A stretch of DNA of 63,583 bases, counting the filler, from Octopus bimaculoides (lineage: Eukaryota), in NCBI RefSeq assembly GCF_001194135.2. It is 5 parts of 4 records of this genome, joined end to end, with 100 filler letters (N's around TTAATTAATTAA, not from the genome) between each part and the next. Parts side by side here need not be neighbours in the genome. Positions count along the whole stretch, not along the records: positions 23,620 to 40,465 come from NC_068986.1; 4 more parts are not named here. The stretch is one strand, 5' to 3'. The notes below the pieces were generated by a model. That model was not told where the DNA came from. It saw only the letters and a program-made list of their open reading frames with translations, and made no database searches. Below, piece after piece: positions 25,755 through 38,590 of this stretch; the first letter of the stretch is position 1; each line of letters starts with the position of its first letter. The position numbers and the translations under genes are program-made.

Positions 25755-26391
25755 GGATCTATTTCAAAACGGGGGCACCAGTTTTCATTTATGTTTTATG
25801 TAGTGTTTTTGGTACGGAAAGACTTTCAAACTTTGTATACTTATCTATTTTGTGTTATAGAACAGAAAAAAATTTTTGTATTCGAATTTATTTCATGTAA
25901 AAAATTGTCTTATTTCGATAATTTCTACTAATCACTGACGTCTATTCAGTTGAAAACAGTTAGCGCTGTAACGGTGTATATCGTATTAATCCCCTAACCT
26001 TAACCCTAACCCTAACCCTAAAACTAACCCTAACTCTAGAATCCGAACTCTAAAATTGTTACACACATAGATACGCACAGCGTAATTTATTATATAAACA
26101 ATATATGCGTATAAATTATGATTAAACCGGATGAAATATGTCACAGGGAATAACATTTTTATGACCGCCCAGCAGTAACTCTATTCAGCTGAATAGACGT
26201 CAGTGATTGGTTGAAATTACAGAAATACGACAACTTTAACATGGAATAACTTGCGATGTACGTTTTTTTGTTAAGAAGACTAAGAGTAAAAGATGTTTTA
26301 TATGACACAGTCTACCAGTGTCCCAAGTTTCAAAGTGTTTCGTTAGTGTTTCGTTAAGAAAATACTGGCGCCCCCGTTTTGAAATAGATCC
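25755..26391. mobile_element. 637-bp Merlin-like MITE containing telomere-like repeats
   Basis: 27-bp TIRs GGATCTATTTCAAAACGGGGGC(A/G)CCAG (26/27 identical); exact 8-bp TSD GAAGTTAG at 25747-25754 and 26392-26399; internal IRs 25930-25954 and 26184-26208; CCCTAA array 25992-26039. GG termini with an 8-bp TSD fit Merlin. Confidence 0.8.
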
Positions 26392-28252
26392 GAAGTTAGA
26401 ATTAACAGAAAGTTTGGCAAGGAATGTAGTTTAGAAGAATTTGTCAATCAGGGATCTATCCTGAATCCCCTACTATTTATTACTAGCCTTGAAACTATAG
26501 CACAAGAATTTATTTTATATGTGGTTGTTTGGGGAAAGTTTTATAAACTGTTCATTCGTTATTTATTGAGAATCTGTTAAAACTTCTAATTCTAAAGGAA
26601 TAATCTAAGACAGAAAGATTTTAAGGCAAAGATTCTCTGTGTTCCATGCCACCCACATTCCTCCCCTTGCAATGACCTACTTCCCTAATTCCTAAAATTT
26701 CTCCCCTTATTTTGAACAAGCTATCAAGTAATTTTTTTCCTGATTGTATCTTTCACAGTTGTAATTATTGAAACAATTTATGAAGCTTCTTTTTATTAAT
26801 TGTAACAAAAATAAAGAAAAACTTTATCTCAATGGGTCACAAAACTCCTATTAGTTTTAGTACCTAAATTTGTTCGTGGGAAGGCTAAAAGTACTTTATT
26901 ATTGTTTCACCAAAAAAAATCTGGAAAGTAAATGTCAAATTTTGTGAATTACTCATATTACCAATGAATATTTTTCACTTTTTTCATATATATTGACGAT
27001 GACAAATCTCATCTAAGTATGTGATTGGCCCTGAGTAAATCCATTGACAAAGCCCAAAGACGCCAAAATGCATTGGCTGTTCTTGCTATATACTACATGC
27101 TATTATTTATAGCTTTAGGGTTGTTCTTCAAGATATTCGAGTATGCAGTCATTGAACAATGTGGGCTGAGACATGAGGTGTTGTGTCAGTAATGATAGTA
27201 GCTATTGAGGTGTAGGTTAGAGGCAACGTCAAGCGGTATAAATTCATACAACAGTTGGTTTGCACTGAACTGTGACCACTGGCAAGCAAACAAAATGACT
27301 ATATATAGTTCATGTCAGTCATAGAAAAAGGGTGTCAAAAATGAAATTGTCAATGACAATCACATTTGTGGTTCGTCCAAAAAGTGCTTGTTTATAACAC
27401 TGGGATTTAAGGAGTTAAACTTCTGTTTAGTCTATTGACTTGATTGGTCACTGCTTTGCTGATGACATCAACTCTTGACAACATCCTCTTTCTGTTATTG
27501 TTATTTTAACAAGTGAATAAAGTGACTTAGTTTTGATTCCTAGGCAGTGAGTTGGTGTTTGGGACTCTGCCAAATATTCTTCCTCCACAGAGATATTCAC
27601 ACAAATATTACCAACTGTGTAAGAGTAATGTAAGTGTGGATCAATGAAATAACTAGGGCAAGTAGGAAATTGAATATTGAATATATTGTTGTGTGACCAG
27701 TAGATAAGCGCTTTAAGCCCAACAGGCACTGTTCTCACTAAAATTTAATAAAAATATTGTTTCACACAATCATGAAACCTAATATTTTTAGAAAGAAGAT
27801 AAATGGAATTGTGTTGATTTTTGTATTTTTTCTCAGTAATTAGTGATATAAGTTCTAATTGAGTTTTGAAACGGAGATGGGGTGCATCATTTAGTAATAC
27901 TTACCACTGCATTATGAAAGGTAAGGAACATACAGAAGTCATACTTGTGTGTGTATGTATGTGTGTGTGTGTGCATACACATACAAACACACATTCATAC
28001 ATGTTTTTAATTTTTCTTTAAAGCCCAAACAATGTGAGTTATAAGAAATAATACAAGAAGATAGTTTGTACTTTTACCATGTATTTCAATATTTTGAGGT
28101 TATGACGCCTTCTTTGGGCAATTTTTGAAGAAATGGTGTAGTAACATGCATTGTTTTGGCATTACCCAAAAAAAAGTCAAGAATGTTTAAGTGTATCAGA
28201 CAATATTTCATACCAACTATACTAATCTCTTTCTCTTTTTATTTTCATATAC

Positions 28253-28305
<53 letters not shown>

Positions 28306-28849
28306 NNNNNNNNNNNNNNNNNNNNNNNNNNNNNNNNNNNNNNNNNNNNNNNNNNNNNNNNNNNNNNNNNNNNNNNNNNNNNNNNNNNNNNNNNNNNNNN
28401 NNNNNNNNNNNNNNNNNNNNNNNNNNNNNNNNNNNNNNNNNNNNNNNNNNNNNNNNNNNNNNNNNNNNNNNNNNNNNNNNNNNNNNNNNNNNNNNNNNNN
28501 NNNNNNNNNNNNNNNNNNNNNNNNNNNNNNNNNNNNNNNNNNNNNNNNNNNNNNNNNNNNNNNNNNNNNNNNNNNNNNNNNNNNNNNNNNNNNNNNNNNN
28601 NNNNNNNNNNNNNNNNNNNNNNNNNNNNNNNNNNNNNNNNNNNNNNNNNNNNNNNNNNNNNNNNNNNNNNNNNNNNNNNNNNNNNNNNNNNNNNNNNNNN
28701 NNNNNNNNNNNNNNNNNNNNNNNNNNNNNNNNNNNNNNNNNNNNNNNNNNNNNNNNNNNNNNNNNNNNNNNNNNNNNNNNNNNNNNNNNNNNNNNNNNNN
28801 NNNNNNNNNNNNNNNNNNNNNNNNNNNNNNNNNNNNNNNNNNNNNNNNN

Positions 28850-28886
<37 letters not shown>

Positions 28887-29559
28887 ATATATATACACAT
28901 ATACAAACATGTATACATGCACACACATGCACAGAATGCCACATCATATTGTCATGAATCTATGTTTTGATTTATATTGTCATTCAAAGTCATATTTGAC
29001 ATAAGCGATATATAACTTTAAACAATAATATACGATTTATAATTTTGCTTATCCCAGCAATTTTAGACATAGTCAAGCTGCCCCAGTTACAACCTTCTAA
29101 AGTTTTACTTATTCATTAGTATAACAGAAACATTCTTAGATTCAGGATGTCCTACTTTTCAGTTATGTAACCTTTGATTTTCACTTCTTAATAAGGATGC
29201 TATAGAAAAGAATTGTAGTTTGGCGCACTAAATAAAAGAGAGAATGTAACTGTATAGTGTATCATTTGATTACAGTGGTGACCTTAAAGCCTCCTTTGGA
29301 TAAAACTTATGCAAGAATGAAGAGGTACTGTAACACTGAAGACTTGTGTGTGGTGAAAACCTCTCGTTTTTGAACTAGTATTTTTAGAGATTAGAGTGTT
29401 GACCTATCTGACCTCCTCTTGCAGTGATGGTGAAGTTGTTTATTGAGGATAAAGAAGAGAACATAGAAGGATATCATCTGCAATAGCAACAACAGTAAAG
29501 CCAACAATTAATACCACAACAAAACAATAACAACAACAGCAGCAGTAACTATAACAACA

Positions 29560-30250
29560 ATAATAATCCTTTCTACTATAAGCACAAGGCTTGAAATGTT
29601 TTTTTTTTTTTTCCTTCTTTTTGGGGGTGGCAGCAGTTGATTAAATCAACCCAGTACTCAGCTGGTACAAATTGTATCAGCCCTGAAAGGATGAAAGGCA
29701 AAGTCAACCATTATCTTCTTCGTCCTCCTCCTTTAACGTCTGTTTTCCATGCTGGCATGGGTAGGACAATTCCACATTAACAAGTAAGTCAGAAGATTGC
29801 ACACAAATCTCTGCTGTCTGTATCAACATGGTTTCTATGGTTACCTTTCCGGTCACAGCCGTGATGTCACCAAGTAATTTGCAAGACAAGACACCCCCCC
29901 ACTCCATTAAGTGAGGGGAATCTTGGTGAAATTTGAACTCAGAACATAAAGAAGGGGAAAAAATGTTGCTAAGCATTTTGTCCTGCGTACCAATGATTCC
30001 AACAGCGCACCACCTTAATAACAACAATGACAATGGGCTTCAAAATTTTGGCACAAGGCCAGCAATTTTAGAGAAGGGTTAAGTCGATTACATTGACTCC
30101 AGTCTTCAATTGGTACTTATTTTATCGACCTCTGAAACGATGAAAGGCACAGTCGACCTTGGTTGAATTTGAACTCAGAACGTAAAGATGGACGAAATGT
30201 CACTAAGCAGTTTGTCTGGTGTGTTAGCAATTCTGCCAGCTCACCACCTT
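29560..30250 (-). mobile_element. Cluster of three family A SINE pieces plus a family D fragment
   Basis: GAAAGGATGAAAGGCAAAGTCAACC (about 29685), GAAATTTGAACTCAGAACATAAAG (about 29930) and a full copy at about 30040-30250. Confidence 0.75.
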
Positions 30251-30572
30251 AATAGCAACAACAATAATGATTTCTTTTATTTGTCACCAGGGTGAAGGAT
30301 GAGGTGGACAATACAAAGACAGACATAAAGTGTAGGGGGGTTTACATATAATGGAATGGTTTAAAAACAAAAAACAAATATATACAGGGTATATCGTAAA
30401 AGAAGGGTAGTTTACAGAGTGTATGACGGTAAGGGAAACAAAAAAAGAAGATAGTGGTGGTGGTGGTGGTGGGGGGAGGGCTCCTGATAGAACAATAATA
30501 ATAACAACACCCAGCACTATTTTTTTTGTTTTTTTACTATTTCTGATCTTGACACACAATTCTCTATATTCT

Positions 30573-30574
<2 letters not shown>

Positions 30575-30603
<29 letters not shown>

Positions 30604-30760
30604 GTTTAACGTCGGCTTTCCATGCTAGCATGGGTTGGACGATTTGACTGAGGACTGGTGAACCAGATGGCTGCACCAGGCTCCAATCTGATCTGGCAGA
30701 GTTTCTACAGCTGGATGCCCTTCCTAACGCCAACCACTCCGAGAGTGTAGCAGGTGCTTT
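30575..30760 (-). mobile_element. Family D repeat (RTE 3' end), (GAT)n tail
   Basis: (CAT)n-CGTTTAACGTC.GCTTTCCATGCTAGCATGGGTTGGACG...CTGGATGCCCTTCCTAACGCCAACC. Confidence 0.8.
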
Positions 30761-31849
30761 TAAGGAAAAAATTTAAATAAAAAAAATACAAAACACTATC
30801 GTTTATCCATTAGATTTGGGGTGGGGGCAGAGAAGGACGAATTGGCAGAGCCACAGAGCCACTAGAATGTCAGATAAAGAGCCTTTCAGTACTTTTTTGT
30901 ACTTTCTGTACTCTGAATTCAAATCACACCAAGGTCAACTTCACATTTCATCCTTTGAAAGTCAATGAAAAAAGTGCAAATCCAGGCATTCAGAGTAGTG
31001 GATCTATAAGAACATTGGACTGGATACCTTGTGGTATTTGTTACAGCTTCTTGTGGTCTGAGTTCAAATCAAGCTATAGCTTAACTGAGTTGCAAGGTTG
31101 ACTTAATCTGCTGCTAGGTTAATATTATCACCTGGCATCTAAAATGCTTTTAGTGGAGTTCACTCTGTTGCAAGCATTCAAGTTGGGTCTCTGGTTTAAG
31201 AGTAACTTTACTCTACAAGTCCTGAAGGCCCTGTTACGGAACATAGGCACTGCATTCTCTGAAACAGTGCCAACTGAGAGAATAAAAAGACTACATCCTA
31301 GGGAAATTCTGAAAAGTAATATATTCTTATGAGAAACAAAAAATTTTGGAATTGAATAGATATGATGGTAATGATAATGATGACGACAACGACAATGATG
31401 ACGACGACGAAGATGACGACGACGATGATGACGACGACGATGATGACGACGACGATGATGATGATGGCAGTCTCTTGTCTGAGAAAGAAGGTCATGCTAT
31501 TTCTTGCTGAACAACCTGTACAAATGATTTGTTTTATAGTGACCAAATATTTGTGCTGTACATTAAACCATGACCTCCCATAATTCTATTAACTGGAATT
31601 TTTTTATGAAACTTTGATTTCTAGCATAAAACAGCCTTAGAAACACGCTGGAATGATCAAAATAACATTTCAAAATAACATTTTAAATAGAAACAAACGA
31701 GATATTGGGTGAAAAATTAGCAAACCTCATTTGGATATCAGAGAAATATACCTAGTTGATATAGCAAAAAAAGGTTAGATATGTGTAAATATTGACAGAT
31801 AATTATGAAATTTGTAATTTTTAAGTGATCACTGGTAGGTAATGGGTTA

Positions 31850-32045
31850 AGCTCACTCTCTCCATCAAGTTGATGTTGTCTGAACAGGTGCATGGTGTAC
31901 CACACATCAGGTGTCGAAGTGATTGTAGAGCAGTGTGAGATGAAGTGTTTTGCTCAAGAGCACAATGCACCACCCAGTCCAGGAACTGAAACTACAATCT
32001 CACAATTGTGAATGCAACAAACCAAACCACTAGGCCACGAGCTCT
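31850..32045 (-). mobile_element. Family B-type SINE
   Basis: Reverse complement of the variant at 51048-51340. Confidence 0.65.
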
Positions 32046-32456
32046 CACTGAATAGATATACAGATTAAAGAATAGGTTTAAGATTAAAGCTAGCAACATT
32101 GTTGTCTCAGTGAATAGGAAGTAGCTGTTAAATCTCCCCAATAATCACACCTTTACTATCTTAAACAATGTTCAGGCAGGATAATGTAGTTGTAGAGAAA
32201 AAGAAATAATGTATGCATGGATAGAATTTGTGTGGGAAGGAAGAAATGAAATTGTGATTTTTATTATTCATTTTAGGAGCCATTTAGTTTCATAGCTGGG
32301 TAGGGTTTATATTTCTAGCCTAGCAAATACAATGTAAGCTGAACTCTGTTCTTATTGCTAACCGAGTAAATACAATGTAAAAGTGGATCAATGTGACAAA
32401 TTAGGGAATGAATCAGGTTGAGGAATACAAAACAATGGATACAGTTTTAAATAATC

Positions 32457-32900
32457 TTTTCTACTATAGTCACAAGGCTTGAAATTTTGGGGAAGGGGAA
32501 AGTCAATTACATCGACCCCAGTATGTGAATGGTACTTATTTTATCAACCCTGAAAGGATGAAAGAGAAAATGGACCTCGGTAGAATTTGAACTCAGAATG
32601 TAAAGACAGATGAAATGCCATTTAGCATTGTACCCAATGTGCTAACGGTTCTGCCAGCTTGCTACCTTATACAGTTTTAAATTTTGGTTTCAGATTTTGG
32701 CACAAGGCCAGCAATTTCAGGGGGAAGGGGTTAAATAAGTTACATCAACCCCAGTGTTCAACTGGTAATTATTTTATCAACCCTGAAAGGATGAAAGACA
32801 AAGTGGATCTCGGCAGAATTTGAACTCAGAACATAATAACATGAAATGTTACTAAGCATTTTGCCCAGCGTACTAATGATTCTGCCAGCTTACTGCCTTA
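32457..32900 (-). mobile_element. Two tandem family A SINEs, CpG-decayed
   Basis: Two copies of CCCTGAAAGGATGAAAGA.AAA.TGGA.CTCGG.AGAATTTGAACTCAGAA. Confidence 0.8.
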
Positions 32901-33884
32901 TACAGTCTTAAATATTGATTGTGTAAATGTGGAGCCAATAGAAAACACTTGAACCCTACAGGTGTTGATTCTCCTTTAAAATATAATAAAAAATGGTTAT
33001 TGTTTTACACAAATATGAAACCTGATATCATTGCTTATGAGAAATGTGCAAGTTCTAGCAGTTATGTATATGAGGTAAGGGGGCAAGCGATGTGAGGGGT
33101 TAGTGTGAAAGTTATGGGTTCCCTCAGTTGTAGGTGGATATACAACTGATAGGAATGAATCACTTGAATGTAAATTGTTATTTTTTTATTCTATATCACA
33201 AAACAAAAAAAGAAAAAAAAAAACAAAAAAAAAAATGTAACTTCAGTTTTACTCTGTCCTCTAGACTGCAATCCCTATTTTTAAAAGCTGGAAAGTTACA
33301 GAGACAGAGCAAAAGGGAGTGAGAGAGAGAGGGAGAGATAAAGAAAAACATACAGACAGAAAGAGAGTGAGAGAAAGAGAGAAGCGTACAGACAGAAAGA
33401 GAAAGAGAGAGAGAGAAAGAGAAAAATATGACGCACTTAAAAGTAAATGCCTGAGAAGAATTGTATGTATAACTTGCGATGAAGGAGATTAAGGACATAG
33501 CTTGAAAATCGACATTATTGTCAGACATGATGGAATGCTGTAGAAAGTGCATGTATTAGACTTTTCCTAAGAGTCAAGAAGCGTATTTGTAAAACAAGTC
33601 CTGAAATGGGGCCAAGTGGTAGAAGCAAATAGTCAACATTCTAGTGAAATTCTGAAAAATAATATATTCTTATGGAAAGTAATAAATTTTGGGATTGAAT
33701 AGACATACAAATTAATGAATTGGCTTAAGATTGAAAGAGATGGCTGAAGGCATTGTTGTCCCTGTGAAATAGCTGTCAAATACCCCTCAGATCATGCCTT
33801 TGCTATATTAAACAAGGCTTCGACTGGACAAAGAAGGCTTGTTTGGTTTTTAGATACGCCCAATGGGTTGACTTTGGAGCTGAA

Positions 33885-34155
33885 TTTTTTTTATTTGCCT
33901 ACTTGTTTCAGTCATTTAACTATGGCCATGCTGGAGCACTGCCTGGGGTTTTTTTTTAGTCGAAGAAATCGTCTCCAGGACTTACTCTTTGTAAATCTAG
34001 TACTTATTCTATTGGTCTCTTTTGCCGAACTTCTAAGTTACAGGGATGTAAACACACCAACATCGGTTGTCAAGCGATAATGGAGTGGGATGGGGGACAA
34101 ACACTGACACACATATACACACGAATATATATATAAATGTCTATCTATCTATCTA

Positions 34156-34229
<74 letters not shown>

Positions 34230-34366
34230 CATAAATAAATGATTATTTATGATTATAAATGGTTTTACCGATAAAGGTTTTTTCATACTGAGCTACCCGG
34301 CAAAATTGTTAATTATTAATTTTATTACTAATTGACGATTCCCTGCCCTATATATCTATCTATCTA

Positions 34367-34427
<61 letters not shown>

Positions 34428-34580
34428 GCCTTCTTTCAGTTTCTGTCTACCAAATCTACTCACAAGGCTTTGGTTAGCCTGAGGCTATAGTAGAAGACTT
34501 GCCCAAGGTGCTACACAGTGGGACTGAACCCAGAACCATGTTGTTGAGAAATAAGCTTCTTACCACACAGCCATGCCTGT
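33885..34580 (-). mobile_element. Full family O CORE SINE with internal TA/TCTA microsatellite
   Basis: Tail 33885-34110, microsatellite, head and core 34425-34580. Confidence 0.75.
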
Positions 34581-34679
34581 ATAACAACAATAACAACATG
34601 AAGTGTAGATGAACTATAGTTAAAGAATAGTTAGAAGTTCATTTGCCTTTAACATCTGCTTTTCTATACTAACATATTA

Positions 34680-35812
34680 TTGGGTTGTCCGGAAAGTTTG
34701 TGCTGATTTATAGTAGCTTACCTTTCGACTTATTTTAGAACATGGTTGAGTCCATAAAATAGGATTTGACTACACCTCCATTTAGAGCACAGTTTAAGCT
34801 ATCTTTTCGTGGAAGAAAGTTTATGCTCCTATAACCTGTGTTAATTCTGTAACCTTTTAAAATGGAAGATAAGAAAGTTCATTTTCGGCACTTGATACTT
34901 TTCTTTTTCTGTAAAGGGAAAAATGCCTCACAAACATCCAAAGAAATATGTGCAGTTTACGGTGATGTTCCTTTATCTGAAAGAACTGTATGGAAGTGGT
35001 TCACAAGGTTCTGAGCTGGAGATTGTAGCCTTATTGATAAAGAGCGACGAGGCAGACCATCCACTACAGATGATGACCAAATCAAGTCATTAATTGAGAA
35101 TAACCCACATTGCACAACCCAGGAATTGGCAGAAAGCCTCAACCTATCAAAATCCATCGTTCATGAGCACCTGGTAAAGCTTGGATACACAAATTGCTAC
35201 GATGTTTGGGGACCACATGAGTTGAGTGAGAAGAACCTTTTGGATCACATTTCCATCTGTGATTCACTTTATAAACGGAATGAAAATATACCTTTTTTAA
35301 AGTAAATTGTGACAGGTGATGAGAAATGGATTATCTACCGAAATGTTCAGAGAAAGCGATCCTGGAGTAAGCGACATGAGCCACCCTTAGCCACCCCAAA
35401 AGTGGGTCTTCACCCTAAAAAAGTCTTGCTTTGTATCTGGTNNNNNNNNNNAGACTGCACGTTTCTTTGGGAACCAGACAAAAATTGCTGCAGATCGGCT
35501 GGGATGTATTACCCCACCCTCCATATTCACCAGATATTGCTCCTTCGGATTTACACTTATTCAGGTCTCTGCAGAATAGTCTTAATGGTAAAAATTTCAA
35601 TTCCTTGGATAACGTAAAAAGATACCTTGATGAATTCTTTGCCATGAAACCACCTCGATTCTGGGAAAAGGGTATTTTCAAGTTAAAGGAAAGATGGAGA
35701 CGCATTGTGCAACAAAATGGTTCATATTTGGTTGATTAAAAATGTAATGGCAAGTATTTATTGAACTTTTTCTTTCCTCTAAAAATCGGCACGAATTTTC
35801 CGGACAACCCAA
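34680..35812 (+). mobile_element. mariner transposon, mellifera-subfamily-like, with both TIRs
   Basis: 30-bp TIRs TTGGGTTGTCCGGAAA(G/A)TT(T/C)GTGC(T/C)GATTT (27/30 identical); TA at 34678-34679 and 35813-35814. Confidence 0.95.
34862..35739 (+). pseudogene. mariner DD34D transposase pseudogene
   Basis: MEDKKVHFRHLILFFF..GKNASQ..., TGDEKW, HPPYSPDIAPSD. In-frame stops at 35012 (TGA) and 35303 (TAA). The N gap at 35442-35451 hides part of the catalytic core. Confidence 0.9.
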
Positions 35813-36068
35813 TAATTACTTGCAAGGATGCAGTATTTCACTTTGCTACCATAATATACAACCAGATATATTACAGGTTCAATATGCTTCAACAAAAGAT
35901 TCTAACAGAATAAGTACCAGACTTTAAAAAAAATAATACAAACTGGGGTAAATTTGACTTAACTCTTCAAGATAGTGCCTCAGTATGGCTGCAGTCTAAT
36001 GACTGAAATAAGTAAAAGATAAGACACATTTCTGCCTACCAACTATATACACAGGGAATTAGTTATTC

Positions 36069-38590
36069 TGTTGTGGGGATAATAGCAAAATGATACACCC
36101 CTCCCGGGCGAGTGGTATGTGCTAGTCATTACAAATAAGGTGATGTTGGTCTGTATAAAACGAGAGTACATAGTAGACGGTCATAAATAGTCATGGTCTT
36201 ACTTGTTTTATTAACTATACTGCAGAATGTATATTATGACATTCCAGCATAAAGGATTGCAATAATGGTGATGAAGAATGAACAAACTCAAAAGATTTTT
36301 GTTTGAATTTTATGGAAAAAAAATTTGTAAAATTATGGAAAATCTGTTGGCCAGTTTGCTCAAGTTGCAAAAACAGCAACAACAGCAACTGAAAGAACAA
36401 CAACAGCAACAGCTACAACTGCAAGAAGAACAGCAGAAGCAACAACAACAACAATTACTATTACAGCAACAAATGCTGTAATTAAAATTAATGAGTAGTG
36501 AGTTGTCAGGAAATGCTAAAAAATGTTCTTGCCAGATTATGTTACAAACTCGATAACAGGGTTTAAGTACGAACCAGATTAACGAGTTACCTTCGAGGCT
36601 TACTATAGAATATATGAACAAATCTTCAATATAGAGTGTAAAAATTGAAATGACGATATGAAAATTAGAAAACTGGCAGCAACAGAACATGAGCGTTATA
36701 GCAATTACGTACTCCCGAAAAAATCTGACATAAACTTTAGAAATACAATAGACATATTGTGTAAAATTTTAGTGAGTAAAGCTCATTGTTCAATACGCAT
36801 TAGAAATGTTTGACCCTAGAAAAGAACAATGAGGAGGACTACATCACATATGCTGGTAGAGTTAACAGGGAATGTAAAAAAATATATAGTCAGTTCAGTC
36901 AGAGGTTTGAATGCAGCTGAGCAACTGAAATGAATAATAAAACATTTATTTCCAAATGTTTTCTTGGAGGAACTGGGCTGTTCCATGAAAACCAAAGCAA
37001 AGATTGCAGTAAAAAAAAGTGCAACACTTGTATTTAAGCCAAAATGGAATGTACCGTTCATGGCAATGGACCAGATAGATAAGGAGCTTGAAAGACTTGA
37101 GAGCCTAGGAATAATTGAGAAGATGGACCACTCAGACTGGGCAGCACCTACAGTCTATGTAAAACAAAAAAATAACAAGTTAAGATTTGTGCAGATATTT
37201 CAACAGGTTTGAATGGTTGCTTAATCTCACATAACTACCCATTGCCAAGTCTTGAGGAAGCGTTTGCAAAACTGGATAGAGGGGAATTCTTCTCAAAATT
37301 AGACCTCCTGGAGGCATATCTATGAATCCAAGTTGAAGAAGAATGTTCACATTTATTAACCATCAATACACACCATGGCTTATTTAAATTTAAGTGGCTT
37401 TCCTTTGGTGTAAAAATGGCTCCTCCCATATTTCAGCAAGCAATGGATACAAAGCTGGGTGACTGTGATTTTGCTATCGCCTATTTAGACAATATTCTAA
37501 TAAAAAGCAAACGACATGAACAACATGTAGAACATGTTAAAAGGGTATTTGAGAAAATTAGAGAATCTGGTTTCAAGTTAACAGAAGAAAAATGTGAGTT
37601 CTTTATGAAAAAAATTAAATACTTGGGCCATATCATAGATAAAAATGGATGTAAACTAGATCTATACAGAGCAACTGCAATAAAAAATATGCCCATGCTG
37701 AATAATGTGACTATATTACAAGCATCCTTTGGTTTAGTAAATTATTATCAAATTTACATTCCCAATATATATAATATAAGGGCCCTGCTCAATGATCTGT
37801 TAAAGAAAAATACAAAATGGTGTTGGACTGATAAGTGCCAGAAGGCATTTGATGAGTTAAAAACCATTTTAACATTGAACTTATTGTTAATGCATTTTGA
37901 TCCAAAGTTGGATACTATATTGGCTACAGATGTGAGTGATTATGGTGTAGGAGCCATACTTCTGCACAAATATGACAATGGGAATAAAAAGGCTATAACC
38001 CATGTGTCACGATCATTATTACCAGCTGAAAGGAACTATAGCCAGATAGGAAAGGAAGAGTTAGCAATCATATTTGGTGTGAAAAAATTCCATAGGTTTA
38101 TTCATGGAAGAAGTTTCTCTTTACAAATGGACCATTGCCAACTACTGTCAATATATGGTTCTAAAAAAGGAATACCAACGCACACAGCAAATAGACTACA
38201 GTGATAGGGCACTACATTATTGAATTGTGACTACAAAATAAAATATTTACCATAAAAAAAGCTAGGACACGTGGATGTCTGTCCTGACTGACACCAAAAC
38301 AATGCGGGTCATTTGAAGATACAGTAATTGCAGCTTTAAGAGCAGAAGGAGAAATAAAAAATGTAGTGTGGAATGTTGCATGCAAATTACCGGTAACCCT
38401 AGAAGACATAAAGCAAAATGCAGTAAAGGACAAATTCATAACAGAAGTGAAAAGAACACTGTGGTCAGGAAAAGTAAATAGGAACAGGATTGGTGGGAAA
38501 TGAAACCAAGACGTGAACCTATACTCGATTTGTGATGGTGTACTGATGTATGCACAGAGAATAGTGATACCTGAAACACTCCAAAGAGGG
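36069..38590 (+). mobile_element. Decayed Ty3/Gypsy (Mag-like) LTR retrotransposon: putative 5' LTR, PBS, gag, RT-RNase H; protease and integrase missing
   Basis: TGTTGTGGGG start; PBS-like TGGTGATGAAG (36266-36276); poly-Q gag N-terminus; ITGFKYEPD*RVTFEAYY; YITYAGRVNREC; DKELERLESLGIIEK..HSDWAAPTVYV; APPIFQ; IAYLDNILI; LATDVSDYGVGAIL; AERNYSQIGKEELAIIFGVKKFH. Confidence 0.9.

Larger units (their letters stand above)
24760..26520 (+). pseudogene. Old RTE LINE reverse transcriptase fragment, split by a SINE C and a MITE
   Basis: Remnants YERLLN, SKAIK*MRTHKA, FIVRKLQE, KAFDKV and, after the MITE, VNQGSILNPLLFITSLETIAQEF (RT QG motif). Confidence 0.65.

Noticed and set aside
25992-26039. True telomere or chromosome fusion scar
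   Set aside because: Only eight hexamers, enclosed in a TIR element with a TSD.
27560-27625. LHRDI as a kinase catalytic loop
   Set aside because: It lacks the following KxxN and any other kinase motif.
36278-36481. Poly-glutamine ORF as a host transcription factor exon
   Set aside because: It lies directly after the PBS and is continuous with Gypsy gag remnants.
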